Shown in pieces: positions 37,560 through 46,236 of a stretch of 64,000 nt of DNA. The position numbers were made by a program, and so were the translations under genes. Numbering within the stretch: position 1 is the stretch's first letter; every line of letters starts with the position of its first letter. Source of the DNA: Candidatus Heteroscillospira lomanii (GTDB taxonomy: Bacteria; Bacillota; Clostridia; Oscillospirales; Oscillospiraceae); contig CAJFRI010000001.1 in NCBI GenBank assembly GCA_904419385.1, forward strand, positions 5,098 to 69,097, in the 5' to 3' direction. The notes beneath the pieces were generated by a model. It saw nothing but the letters and a program-made list of their open reading frames with translations. It searched no databases and was not told the origin of the DNA.

Positions 37560-39071
37560 TTGGAATATTTGAAAACCAGCTGGTTCATCTTGCTGCTCGC
37601 CCGGCTGCGCGACTGGCTGGCCGGCTGCTTCCGCGGCGGGCTGTTCTGGCGCTTTGCGATGTGGTGCTGGGCGGCGTTTAAAAACGGGTTTTTCTACCGT
37701 TTTGCCGTCGGCGGCGAAAAGGCCGACTCGCTCTGGCGCGGCAGCCTCTGTTACCGGGCGCTCAGCTGGCTGATCGGCCTGCCGGCGCGCATCGCGCGGG
37801 CCGTCTGCTCGGCGGGCGCCGTACAGTCGAGTTTTCTCGCCGGGCAGACGCTGGACTTCGCCGTGCGCCGCGCGGCGCTGTTCTGCGGGGCGGCGGCCGT
37901 GCTCATGCTCGTCATCCCGCAGGAGATGTGGGACAACAAGTACAGCCTTGCGCTCGGCCTGTGCGCCTGCGCGCTGACCGTGCTCTCCCGCGCGGCGTCC
38001 GGCGGGCGCAGCGCTCTCAGGGAGATCGGATTTTTCCCCGTGCTCTTCGCGCTGTGCACTTTCCTGGGGCTCGTGCTCTCCACGCGGCCGGATATGTCGC
38101 TGCGTTTTTTCGTCTTCGGCGTGACGTGCATGCTGTTCGTCCTCGCCGTGGCGGGCGCGCCGCGCTCCCCGCGCGAGCTCGGGAACATTGTGTTCCTCGC
38201 GTCGCTGGGCATGTTCGTCTGCTCCTGCTGGGCAATAGTCCAGCGCCTGATCGGCGTGGAGTCCAACGGCATATTGACGGATCTCTCGCTCAACGCCGAT
38301 ATGCCCGGCCGGGTCTACTCCTTTTTTGAAAACCCGAACAGCTTTGCAAATGTGCTCGTGCTGTTCCTGCCCATCATGCTCACGATGGCGCTGTTTGAAA
38401 AAGGCGGCCTGAAAAAGCTGTGGTATCTCGCGGTGTTTGCCGCGGGCGCCGCGGCGCTGCTCATGACCTACGCGCGCGGCGGCTGGCTCAGCATAGCGGC
38501 CTCGCTAGGAGTCATGCTCCTTGCGCTCGGGCCGAGATGGACGCCGCTGTGCGTCATAGGTGCGGCCGCGGCCGTGCCGTTCCTGCCGGATAACATACTC
38601 AACCGCATACTCAGCATGTTCGCCGGCGGTGACAGCTCTATATACACCCGTACATATATATATACGGCAATGCGCCGCCTCATTGAAAACCACCCGCTGT
38701 TCGGCGTGGGGCTCGGGGCCGACGCTGTGCGCAACGCGGTGTATGCCGAGCACGTCTACGACGCCGAAGCGCTGTTCATACACGGCCACAATATATATCT
38801 CCAGATCTGGGCGGAGATGGGCGTCTTTGCGCTCATCGCGTTCGTGTGCGCCATGGCTTTCGCCGTGCGTGCGGGACTTCAGCTGCGCAGCGACAGCGAC
38901 GCGACTCTGCGCGCTGTCGGCGTGGGCGCGGCCTGCGCTCTCTGCGGCTCCATGGTCTTCGGACTGACGGACTACGCCTGGAGCTATCCGCGCGTCATGG
39001 TGCTGTTCTGGTTCGTATTCGCGCTCATTCCGGCCGCAGTCAGGCTCAAAAACATTCGGGAGGCAAGATAA
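37560..39071 (+). CDS. O-antigen ligase/polymerase (Wzy_C) family membrane protein
   Basis: At least 10 predicted TM segments and the loop LLMTYARGGWLSIAASLG typical of the Wzy_C domain. TTG start at 37560 is uncertain. Confidence 0.72.
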   Translation: MEYLKTSWFILLLARLRDWLAGCFRGGLFWRFAMWCWAAFKNGFFYRFAVGGEKADSLWRGSLCYRALSWLIGLPARIARAVCSAGAVQSSFLAGQTLDFAVRRAALFCGAAAVLMLVIPQEMWDNKYSLALGLCACALTVLSRAASGGRSALREIGFFPVLFALCTFLGLVLSTRPDMSLRFFVFGVTCMLFVLAVAGAPRSPRELGNIVFLASLGMFVCSCWAIVQRLIGVESNGILTDLSLNADMPGRVYSFFENPNSFANVLVLFLPIMLTMALFEKGGLKKLWYLAVFAAGAAALLMTYARGGWLSIAASLGVMLLALGPRWTPLCVIGAAAAVPFLPDNILNRILSMFAGGDSSIYTRTYIYTAMRRLIENHPLFGVGLGADAVRNAVYAEHVYDAEALFIHGHNIYLQIWAEMGVFALIAFVCAMAFAVRAGLQLRSDSDATLRAVGVGAACALCGSMVFGLTDYAWSYPRVMVLFWFVFALIPAAVRLKNIREAR

Positions 39072-39072
39072 C

Positions 39073-39564
39073 ATGGAAAAGAAAAAAGGAATGATCTTCG
39101 GCAAGCTCAATATAATCGACCTCGCCATCATCCTGGTCGTCATTGCGGGCGTCGCCTTTTTCGCATACAAGTTCATGACCGCCGGCGGCATCACCCCGCC
39201 CGCCGACGAGGTGAGCATAGTGTTCTTTGAGGAGGAGTGCCCCGACTATGTGCCCGAGCACACGCATATCGGCGACAGCGTGCTCGACGGCACGACCAAC
39301 ACCTATCTCGGCACCGTGACCGACATCCAGATCGACGAGTCGGTGACTTATACCTACGACAACATCACCGCCGAGACCACCCTCGGCCACAAAGAGGGCT
39401 ATGTCTCCGCCTACATCACCGCCGACTGCTTCGGCCAGATCACCGACAACGGCTTTGTCGTCGACGGCACGCTCTATTCCGTGGGGGGCACCCTGATACT
39501 CCATGCCGGCCAGGGCAAGTATTATCTCACGATCTACTCCATAGATACGATACAGGACAACTGA
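39073..39564 (+). CDS. DUF4330-like membrane-anchored protein
   Basis: The N-terminus KKGMIFGKLNIIDLAIILVVIAGVAFFAYKF is characteristic of DUF4330 proteins as I recall them. It directly follows the ligase gene. Confidence 0.6.
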   Translation: MEKKKGMIFGKLNIIDLAIILVVIAGVAFFAYKFMTAGGITPPADEVSIVFFEEECPDYVPEHTHIGDSVLDGTTNTYLGTVTDIQIDESVTYTYDNITAETTLGHKEGYVSAYITADCFGQITDNGFVVDGTLYSVGGTLILHAGQGKYYLTIYSIDTIQDN

Positions 39565-39568
39565 CCGG

Positions 39569-39597
39569 TTGACAAAACAACAGATCGGCAATACAAT
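39569..39597 (+). promoter_or_regulatory. promoter of the amidohydrolase gene
   Basis: TTGACA (39569-39574), 17-nt spacer, TACAAT (39592-39597). Confidence 0.6.
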
Positions 39598-39654
39598 AGC
39601 CTTGTCCGGAGCTCCCCCCAGCCGGATGACTCACTATCCGGAAGGAGAATCTAC

Positions 39655-40803
39655 ATGAAAGTTGACTACATCATCAGAAACGGACGCGTTATGGACCCCC
39701 TCACCGGCGTCGATGAGGTGCGCGACGTCGCCGTGTGCGGCAGCCGCATAGTTGACCTCGGCGGAGAGATTGCCGAGCCCCGCTGGGCTGAGATCGACGC
39801 CGCCGGCTGCATCGTCACCCCCGGCCTCATCGATTTCCATACCCACCTCTACCATGAGGGCAGCGGCATATGCATCCGCCCTGATTTCATGCTGCCCTAC
39901 GGAACCACGGCCGCTGTCGACGCAGGCAGCGCCGGCTGCGCGAACATGCGCGCTTTCTTCCACACCGCGGCCGACCCCAGCGCCGTCAAGATCAAGGCCT
40001 ACATGACCGTGTTCTCCGGCGGCCAGATCGACGGCAATATCATCGAGGACTTCAGTCCCTCCAAGTTCAACGAGGCCCTCATCCGCCGCGTGTATGAGAA
40101 ATTCCCGCACCGTATCCTCGGCCTCAAGATCCGTATCTCCAAGGGCGTTGTTGAGGACGCCGAGCCCCTGCGCGCCACCGTGGCCCTCGCCGACAAGATA
40201 GGCGGCGGCATGGGCGTGTGCGTGCACACCACCAACTCCCCGGTGCCCGCCGGCGAGATCGCCGATATGCTCCGCCCGGGCGACGTGTTCTGCCACTGCT
40301 TCCAGGGCGCCGGCAACACCATCGTCGGCAGCGACGGCAAGATAGACCCCGCCGTCCTCGCAGCACGCGAGCGCGGCGTCATCTTTGATGCTGCCAACGG
40401 CCGCGGCAACTTCGGCTTCAAAGCCGCCCTCGCCGCTCTCGATGCCGGCTTCCTGCCCGACATCATCAGCACCGACCTCACCAACGACAAGTTCAACATG
40501 CCCTATTACTGCAAAAACCTGCCGACCCTGATGAGCAAGTACCTGGCCATGGGACTCGACCTCATGACCGTGCTGCGCTGCGTCACCTCTGCCCCGGCCA
40601 AGGTCATGGGCATGGAGGGCAAGATCGGCACGCTCAAGGCCGGCGCCTACGCAGATATCGCCATCTTCAAGGAGAAGGATATCCGCGTCGTCCACCGCGA
40701 TTTCCAGAACGACGAGCTCGTGAGCGACAAGCTCCTCGTCCCGCAGCTCACCATGGCCAGCGGCGAGATCCTCTATTGCAGCAACGAGTTCTACAACGGC
40801 TGA
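39655..40803 (+). CDS. amidohydrolase/deacetylase-family metallohydrolase (dihydroorotase-like)
   Basis: IRNGRVMDP...IDAAGCIVTPGLIDFHTHLY (HxH metal motif), and later VHTTN and HCFQG. Confidence 0.8.
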   Translation: MKVDYIIRNGRVMDPLTGVDEVRDVAVCGSRIVDLGGEIAEPRWAEIDAAGCIVTPGLIDFHTHLYHEGSGICIRPDFMLPYGTTAAVDAGSAGCANMRAFFHTAADPSAVKIKAYMTVFSGGQIDGNIIEDFSPSKFNEALIRRVYEKFPHRILGLKIRISKGVVEDAEPLRATVALADKIGGGMGVCVHTTNSPVPAGEIADMLRPGDVFCHCFQGAGNTIVGSDGKIDPAVLAARERGVIFDAANGRGNFGFKAALAALDAGFLPDIISTDLTNDKFNMPYYCKNLPTLMSKYLAMGLDLMTVLRCVTSAPAKVMGMEGKIGTLKAGAYADIAIFKEKDIRVVHRDFQNDELVSDKLLVPQLTMASGEILYCSNEFYNG

Positions 40804-40823
40804 TGACACTCCAAAGTACTGCA

Positions 40824-40860
40824 GGGGGGAGGGGCTTTCAGGCCCCTCCCCCCTATTATT
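40824..40860 (+). terminator. terminator after the amidohydrolase gene
   Basis: GGGGGGAGGGGC-tttcag-GCCCCTCCCCCC followed by TATTATT. Confidence 0.75.
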
Positions 40861-40994
40861 ATATCTGTCTGCTTTTGATAATCAAAATCTAATTTTATAT
40901 TTCATAGAAATTGAGCATATATCTAATATTGTTACTAAAAATGTCACCGGCTTTCGGAAAAATTAACAAAATATTCAAAATTGCCTCCAAATGC

Positions 40995-41023
40995 TTGAAT
41001 GATATAAAAATTGGATATATAAT
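40995..41023 (+). promoter_or_regulatory. promoter of the GntP permease gene
   Basis: TTGAAT (40995-41000), 17-nt spacer, TATAAT (41018-41023), inside an AT-rich 170-bp tract. Confidence 0.55.
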
Positions 41024-41108
41024 ATGCTCGCTTAGACCCGCGCGAGTGCTCTGGGGGGACGCTGCGCGCCGGTCTCGCATAAAGAAAACATAAAAAGGAG
41101 TGTTGTTT

Positions 41109-42422
41109 ATGCTGGGCGTTATCGGCATAATCGTCGCCCTTGCCGTGCTGATCCTGATGATCTTCCGCGGATGGCACATGGGCGTCGTCGCTATCATCTC
41201 TTCGCTCATCATTATCCTCACCAACGGCATGGATGTCTGGGAGGGCTTTACAACCAGCTTTGCCGGTTCGTTCACAAGCTTTGCCGGACAGTGGTTCCTG
41301 ATGTTCACCCTGGGCGCCATCTTCGGCAAGCTCATGGAGGACAGCGGTGCGTCTGTCTCCATTGCCAACGCCATCGTCAGGGTCGTCGGCAAGAAGCAGG
41401 TCATCCTCATAGTTCTGCTCACCACCCTCGTCCTCTCTTACGGCGGCATAGGCGTGTTCATCATCGCCTTCACCATGTACCCCATCTGCATGGCTCTGTT
41501 CAAAGAGGCCGACCTGCCTAAGAGCCTGTTCCCGGGCCTGCTGCTCGCCGTCCCCGCCACCATCACCATGTCTGTGGCCCCCGGCGTGCCCGCCGTCCAG
41601 AACATGATCCCGACCACCTTCTTCGGCACCGATATCTATGCCGCTCCGGTCATGGGCATCATCGTCTCGATCTGCATCTTCATCATGGACTATGTGTTCT
41701 ACAACTGGTGCGCGCGCCGCTGCGCCGCCCGCGGTGAGCACTTCGTCGCCGGTCCCGACGACAATATCCCCGACCTGAACGACCCCGAGGCCATCAAGAA
41801 CCTCCCCGGCGCTCTGGCCTCCTTCCTGCCGATCATCGTCCTCGTCGGATCCATCTTCGTGTTCATGCAGTTCGTTGACGTCACCAACTACGCCGTCGTC
41901 CTCGGCATGGTGCTCGGTATCATCGTCGCGCTCGTCCTCTTCTGGAAGCGCCTCAAGATCCGCGCCGACTTCTCCGACGGCATGGGCAGCGGTCTCAGCG
42001 CCCTGATGGTCACCTCCATGATCATGGGCTTCGGCGGCGTCGTCCAGGCTTCTCCCGCTTTCCAGACCTGCGTCGACTGGCTGCTCGGCCTCGAGATGAA
42101 CCCGATCCTGATGGCCTTCATCTCCATCAACATCATCTGCATGATCACCGGTTCTTCCACCGGCGGCCTGAACATCTTCCTGGATGCTCTGGGCGACTAC
42201 ATGCTCAACACCGGCATCAACCCGCAGGTCCTGCACCGCCTCACCTGCATTGCCTCTGCCGGACTTGACGCCATGCCTCATGCCTCCGGCGTCGTCATGG
42301 CAAACACCGTCGCCAAGACCGAGATGAGACACACCTACAAGTACACCTTCGTGTCCCAGTGCCTCATCCCGATGATAGGATTCGGCATTGCCGTCATCCT
42401 CTACAACTTCGGTATTGTCTAA
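41109..42422 (+). CDS. GntP-family (gluconate:H+ symporter superfamily) permease
   Basis: Polytopic, about 12 TM segments. The pattern GAIFGKLMEDSGA...IA..IV...G is typical of GntP. AAAGGAG lies 9 nt before ATG 41109. Confidence 0.78.
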   Translation: MLGVIGIIVALAVLILMIFRGWHMGVVAIISSLIIILTNGMDVWEGFTTSFAGSFTSFAGQWFLMFTLGAIFGKLMEDSGASVSIANAIVRVVGKKQVILIVLLTTLVLSYGGIGVFIIAFTMYPICMALFKEADLPKSLFPGLLLAVPATITMSVAPGVPAVQNMIPTTFFGTDIYAAPVMGIIVSICIFIMDYVFYNWCARRCAARGEHFVAGPDDNIPDLNDPEAIKNLPGALASFLPIIVLVGSIFVFMQFVDVTNYAVVLGMVLGIIVALVLFWKRLKIRADFSDGMGSGLSALMVTSMIMGFGGVVQASPAFQTCVDWLLGLEMNPILMAFISINIICMITGSSTGGLNIFLDALGDYMLNTGINPQVLHRLTCIASAGLDAMPHASGVVMANTVAKTEMRHTYKYTFVSQCLIPMIGFGIAVILYNFGIV

Positions 42423-42443
42423 GGCCAAAACGATATACATTGG

Positions 42444-42474
42444 AAACGCCGCGCCATATGGCGCGGCGTTTTCG
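42444..42474 (+). terminator. GntP terminator
   Basis: AAACGCCGCGCC-atat-GGCGCGGCGTTT followed by TCGT. Confidence 0.8.
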
Positions 42475-42491
42475 TCTGCGGAAATGCGACA

Positions 42492-42522
42492 ACCCGCCCG
42501 CTTCGGGAAGAAGCGGGCGGGT
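42492..42522. terminator. second hairpin in the convergent gap; probable icd terminator
   Basis: ACCCGCCCGCTTC-gggaa-GAAGCGGGCGGGT. The U-run on the minus side is weak. Confidence 0.5.
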
Positions 42523-42537
42523 TTCTTATATGCAGCC

Positions 42538-43743
42538 TCAGCCGAGGCGGCTCGCGATCTCGGCGATGAACTCGGCGCTGTCGACGCTGCGTATCCCGCC
42601 GCCCTCGGCGAGGGCAGCGAGGTCGCCGGTCATTATCCCGTCCTCGATGGCGGAGAGCGTGGCGCTCTCGAGCCTGTCGGCGAAGGCGCACAGCTCGCCG
42701 CTGCCGTCGAGCTCGCCGCGCTTGCGCAGAGCTCCGCTCCAGGCGAAGATGGTGGCGACCGGGTTCGTGCTGGTCATCCTGCCGCTCTCGCGGTAGCGAT
42801 ACCAGTGGCGGGTGACGGTACCGTGCGCGGCCTCGTACTCGAAGTTGCCGTCCGGCGAGACGAGCACGCTCGTCATCATGGCGAGGCTGCCGAACGCGGT
42901 GCTCACCATGTCGCTCATGACGTCGCCGTCGTAGTTCTTGCAGGCCCAGACAAAGCCGCCCTCGGAGCGGATGACGCGCGCGACCGCGTCGTCGATGAGC
43001 GTGTAGAAATACTTGAGCCCGGCCTCCTCGAAGCGCGCGGCGTACTCCTCGTCGAAGACTTTCTGGAAAAGTATCTTGAAGGTCTGGTCGTACTGCTTGG
43101 AGATGGTGTCCTTCGTGGAGAACCAGAGATCCTGACCGACGGAGAGGGCATACTCAAAGCAGGCCCTGGCGAAAGAGACTATGCTCGCGTCGCGGTTGTG
43201 CACGCCCTGGATGACGCCGGGGCCGGCGAAGTCGTGCACGGTCTCGCGGAAGAGCTCCTCGCCGCTGTCGGCGGTGAAGACGAGCTCGGCCTTGCCGGGG
43301 CGCTCGACGCGGTACTCGACGTTGCGGTAGATGTCGCCGTAGGCGTGGCGGGCGATGGTGATGGGCTTTTTCCAGGTCTTGACCACGGGTTTTATGCGGC
43401 TGACCATTATGGGCGCGCGGAACACCGTGCCGTCGAGGATGGAGCGGATGGTGCCGTTGGGGCTCTTCCACATCTCGTGCAGGCCGTATTCCTCAACGCG
43501 CTGCGCGTTGGGGGTGATTGTGGCGCACTTGACGCCGACATGCCATTTTTTGATGGCCTCGCCGGCCTCGTGGGTCACGCGGTCGCCGGTGGCGTCGCGG
43601 TTCTGCAGGCCGAGGTCGTAATACTCGGTGTTGAGCTCGACGTACGGGCAGATGAGTTCGTCTTTTATCATCTGCCAGAGCACGCGGGTCATCTCGTCGC
43701 CGTCCATCTCAACGATGGGGTTTGTCATTTTGATCTTTTCCAT
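42538..43743 (-). CDS. icd: NADP-dependent isocitrate dehydrogenase (subfamily II, eukaryote-like)
   Basis: KIKMTNPIVEMDGDEMTRVLWQMIKDEL, VGVKCATITP, WKSPNGTIR, ARHAYGD. Start MEKIKM at 43743. Confidence 0.93.
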   Translation of the reverse strand: MEKIKMTNPIVEMDGDEMTRVLWQMIKDELICPYVELNTEYYDLGLQNRDATGDRVTHEAGEAIKKWHVGVKCATITPNAQRVEEYGLHEMWKSPNGTIRSILDGTVFRAPIMVSRIKPVVKTWKKPITIARHAYGDIYRNVEYRVERPGKAELVFTADSGEELFRETVHDFAGPGVIQGVHNRDASIVSFARACFEYALSVGQDLWFSTKDTISKQYDQTFKILFQKVFDEEYAARFEEAGLKYFYTLIDDAVARVIRSEGGFVWACKNYDGDVMSDMVSTAFGSLAMMTSVLVSPDGNFEYEAAHGTVTRHWYRYRESGRMTSTNPVATIFAWSGALRKRGELDGSGELCAFADRLESATLSAIEDGIMTGDLAALAEGGGIRSVDSAEFIAEIASRLG

Positions 43744-43754
43744 GTCGAAAAACC

Positions 43755-45998
43755 TCACTTTCTGCGCTGGGCGGCGTAGTGGTTCATCAGGCAGCCGCGG
43801 AGGATGATGTCGCGCTCGTCGTCGGTGAGAGCGCCCATGCGGAGCTTGAGGTCGGACACGGAGCCGTCTTTCGCAAACACCTTGGCGTCGAACTCGCAGT
43901 CGCCGCGCGCGACTTTCTCACGCACATCGGGGACGTAGACCATGTCGCCGCTCTCGTAATCGAACGGCGTGCCCTCGTCGATGACGAAGGGCAGCATGCC
44001 CCAGTTGATGCAGTTGGAGCGATAGCGCTTGGTGGCGTATTCATAGCAGATGTTGGCTCCGCCGCCGAGTACGCGCTGGCAGCTCGCGGCCTGCTCGCGG
44101 GCAGAGCCGTCGCCGGGGCGGTTGGCGAAGATGACGGAGCAGATGGAGCTGTGCGCGATCTCGCCGGCGCTCACGCCGCCGTCGAGCAGGGCCTGCACGT
44201 CGGAGTAGTCCCCGGCGGCGCGGCGGGCCTCAGCCTCGCGTATCTTTTCGGTGCGGCCGACATAGGCGGGCTCGCGTCTGGAGAGGGCGAAGGAGGCGAG
44301 CTTCATGGGGTTGGAGCGGTAGGAGCTGGTCTCGCCGGAGGGGATGAGCTCGTCCGTGGTGGTGACGGGGTCGTGGATGACGGCGGCGAGCTCCATGATG
44401 AGGTTGTCGCTCAGCGCGGGGATGGCGGGCCAGTCGGCTATGTTGGGGCCGAAGCGCAGTTCGGCGGAGCTGTCGGGATGGCCGAAACCGGAGTATACCC
44501 TCTTCTCATAAACCGAGCCGTCGAACTCATAGGGCCTGTCCTCGGGCCGGACGTAGTCTATCTCGGTGGCGGCGGTGAGCCGTCCGCCGTTGCGGGCGGT
44601 GGCGGCGATGCTGCGCGCATCCATGAGGACGACGGCGGCGAGCTGGCCGTCGCCGGGCTTTGAGCCCTCGCGGTTGGGGAAGTTGCGGGTGGTGTGGCGT
44701 ATGCTCAGGCCGTTGTTGGCCGGGACGTCGCCCGCGCCGAAGCAGGGCCCGCAGAAGCATGGCTTGAACAGCGCGCCGGCCTCCATCAGCTTCTGCTGCA
44801 CCCCGTCTTTTATCAGGCGCAGGTTGACGGGCACGCTGGGCGGATAGACCGACAGGGAGAAATACCCGTCGCCGACGGAGCAGCCGTCGAGTATCGCTGC
44901 GGCCTCGGCGATGTTGTCGTACATGCCGCCGGAGCAGCCGGCGATGACGCCCTGGTCGACGTATATCCCGCCGTCCCTGATCTTGTCGGTGAGGTGCAGC
45001 TCGACCTTGCCGCCGAACTGCTCGTGCGCGCGCTTCTCGGTCTCGCGGAGGATGTCGCCGGCGTTGGCGCGCAGCTCGGCGATGGTGTAGGCCTCGGACG
45101 GGTGGAAAGGCAGGGCCGCCATGGGCTCGACCGTCGAGAGGTCTATGCTTATCACGGAGTCATACACGGCCCCGTCCTCGGGCTCGAGCTTTTTGTACTC
45201 GCCCGCGCGGCCGTGCACGGCGAGGTACTCCTCGACGCGCCCGTCCGTCGCCCAGATGGAGCTGAGGCAGGCGGTCTCCGTCGTCATGACGTCTATGCCT
45301 ATGCGGTAGTCCATGGGGAGGTTTTTTATGCCGGGGCCGGCGAACTCCAGCACCTTGTTCTTCACGAAGCCGTTTTTGTACACGGCGCCGCAGAGCGCGA
45401 GGGCCACATCGTGCGGGCCGACGCCGCGCGCGGGAGCGCCGGTGAGGTAGACGAGCACGACCTCGGGGTCGGCCACGTCGTAGGTGTTCTCGAGGAGCTG
45501 CTTGACGATCTCGGGCCCGCCCTCGCCTATGCCCATGGTGCCGATGGCGCCGTAGCGGGTGTGGCTGTCGCTGCCGAGGACCATGCGTCCGCAGCCTGTG
45601 AGCGCCTCGCGGGCGTACTGGTGGATGACGGCCTGGTTTGCGGGGACGTATATGCCGCCGTATTTCTTCGCGGCGGACAGGCCGAACACATGGTCGTCCT
45701 CATTTATCGTGCCGCCGACGGCGCAGAGGCTGTTGTGGCAGTTGGTGAGGACATACGGCACGGGAAAGCGCTCCATGCCGCTGGCGCGGGCCGTCTGGAT
45801 GACGCCGACGTAAGTAATGTCGTGGGAGATGAGGCTGTCGAAGCGGATGCGCATGGTGCCGCTGCCGCCGCTGCGGTCGTGCGCGCGGAGGATGCGGTAG
45901 GCCATGGTCTTTTCGCGTCCGGCCGGGAGGCTGCCCTCGGGCGCGCTCTGCACCCCGGAGGCCGTCCACACGGCGGGGCGGCTGTCAAGTTTTATCAT
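43755..45998 (-). CDS. aconitate hydratase
   Basis: GSDSHT, CFCGPCFGAG (Fe-S ligand region), TTRNFPNREG, and a swivel domain with ITTDELIPSGE. The start at 45998 has AGGTGA upstream; ATG 45905 is an alternative. Confidence 0.87.
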   Translation of the reverse strand: MIKLDSRPAVWTASGVQSAPEGSLPAGREKTMAYRILRAHDRSGGSGTMRIRFDSLISHDITYVGVIQTARASGMERFPVPYVLTNCHNSLCAVGGTINEDDHVFGLSAAKKYGGIYVPANQAVIHQYAREALTGCGRMVLGSDSHTRYGAIGTMGIGEGGPEIVKQLLENTYDVADPEVVLVYLTGAPARGVGPHDVALALCGAVYKNGFVKNKVLEFAGPGIKNLPMDYRIGIDVMTTETACLSSIWATDGRVEEYLAVHGRAGEYKKLEPEDGAVYDSVISIDLSTVEPMAALPFHPSEAYTIAELRANAGDILRETEKRAHEQFGGKVELHLTDKIRDGGIYVDQGVIAGCSGGMYDNIAEAAAILDGCSVGDGYFSLSVYPPSVPVNLRLIKDGVQQKLMEAGALFKPCFCGPCFGAGDVPANNGLSIRHTTRNFPNREGSKPGDGQLAAVVLMDARSIAATARNGGRLTAATEIDYVRPEDRPYEFDGSVYEKRVYSGFGHPDSSAELRFGPNIADWPAIPALSDNLIMELAAVIHDPVTTTDELIPSGETSSYRSNPMKLASFALSRREPAYVGRTEKIREAEARRAAGDYSDVQALLDGGVSAGEIAHSSICSVIFANRPGDGSAREQAASCQRVLGGGANICYEYATKRYRSNCINWGMLPFVIDEGTPFDYESGDMVYVPDVREKVARGDCEFDAKVFAKDGSVSDLKLRMGALTDDERDIILRGCLMNHYAAQRRK

Positions 45999-46184
45999 TT
46001 ATATCACTCACCTGTCAGAATATTCGGGCGTGAGCCCATAGTCATACATTAAAAGTATATCATAAAATATGCGCGCTGCAAACGCTTTTTAATGCAAGTT
46101 TTTGGCGGTGAGTTGCATTTTTGCGCCTGTTTTGACGGCGAAGCGCTGATTTCGCGGCTGCTTTTGCAAAATTATTATTTTAAG

Positions 46185-46213
46185 TTGCAATTTTTATACA
46201 AAAGCTTTATAAT
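46185..46213 (+). promoter_or_regulatory. citrate synthase promoter
   Basis: TTGCAA (46185-46190), 17-nt spacer, TATAAT (46208-46213). Confidence 0.6.
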
Positions 46214-46236
46214 ATTGCTGTTACGAGTATCAGAAT

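Noticed and set aside
41013-41028. TGGATATATAATATGC upstream of the GntP gene, considered as a second sigma-54 promoter.
   Set aside because: The GC of the putative -12 element is one nucleotide out of register relative to GG. The same bases form a perfect sigma-70 -10 (TATAAT) with a TTGAAT -35 at 17-nt spacing.
40911-41093. A 60-aa ORF in the AT-rich region upstream of the GntP gene.
   Set aside because: It has no SD, spans the predicted promoter and leader, and its composition reflects AT-rich intergenic DNA. There is no support as a gene.
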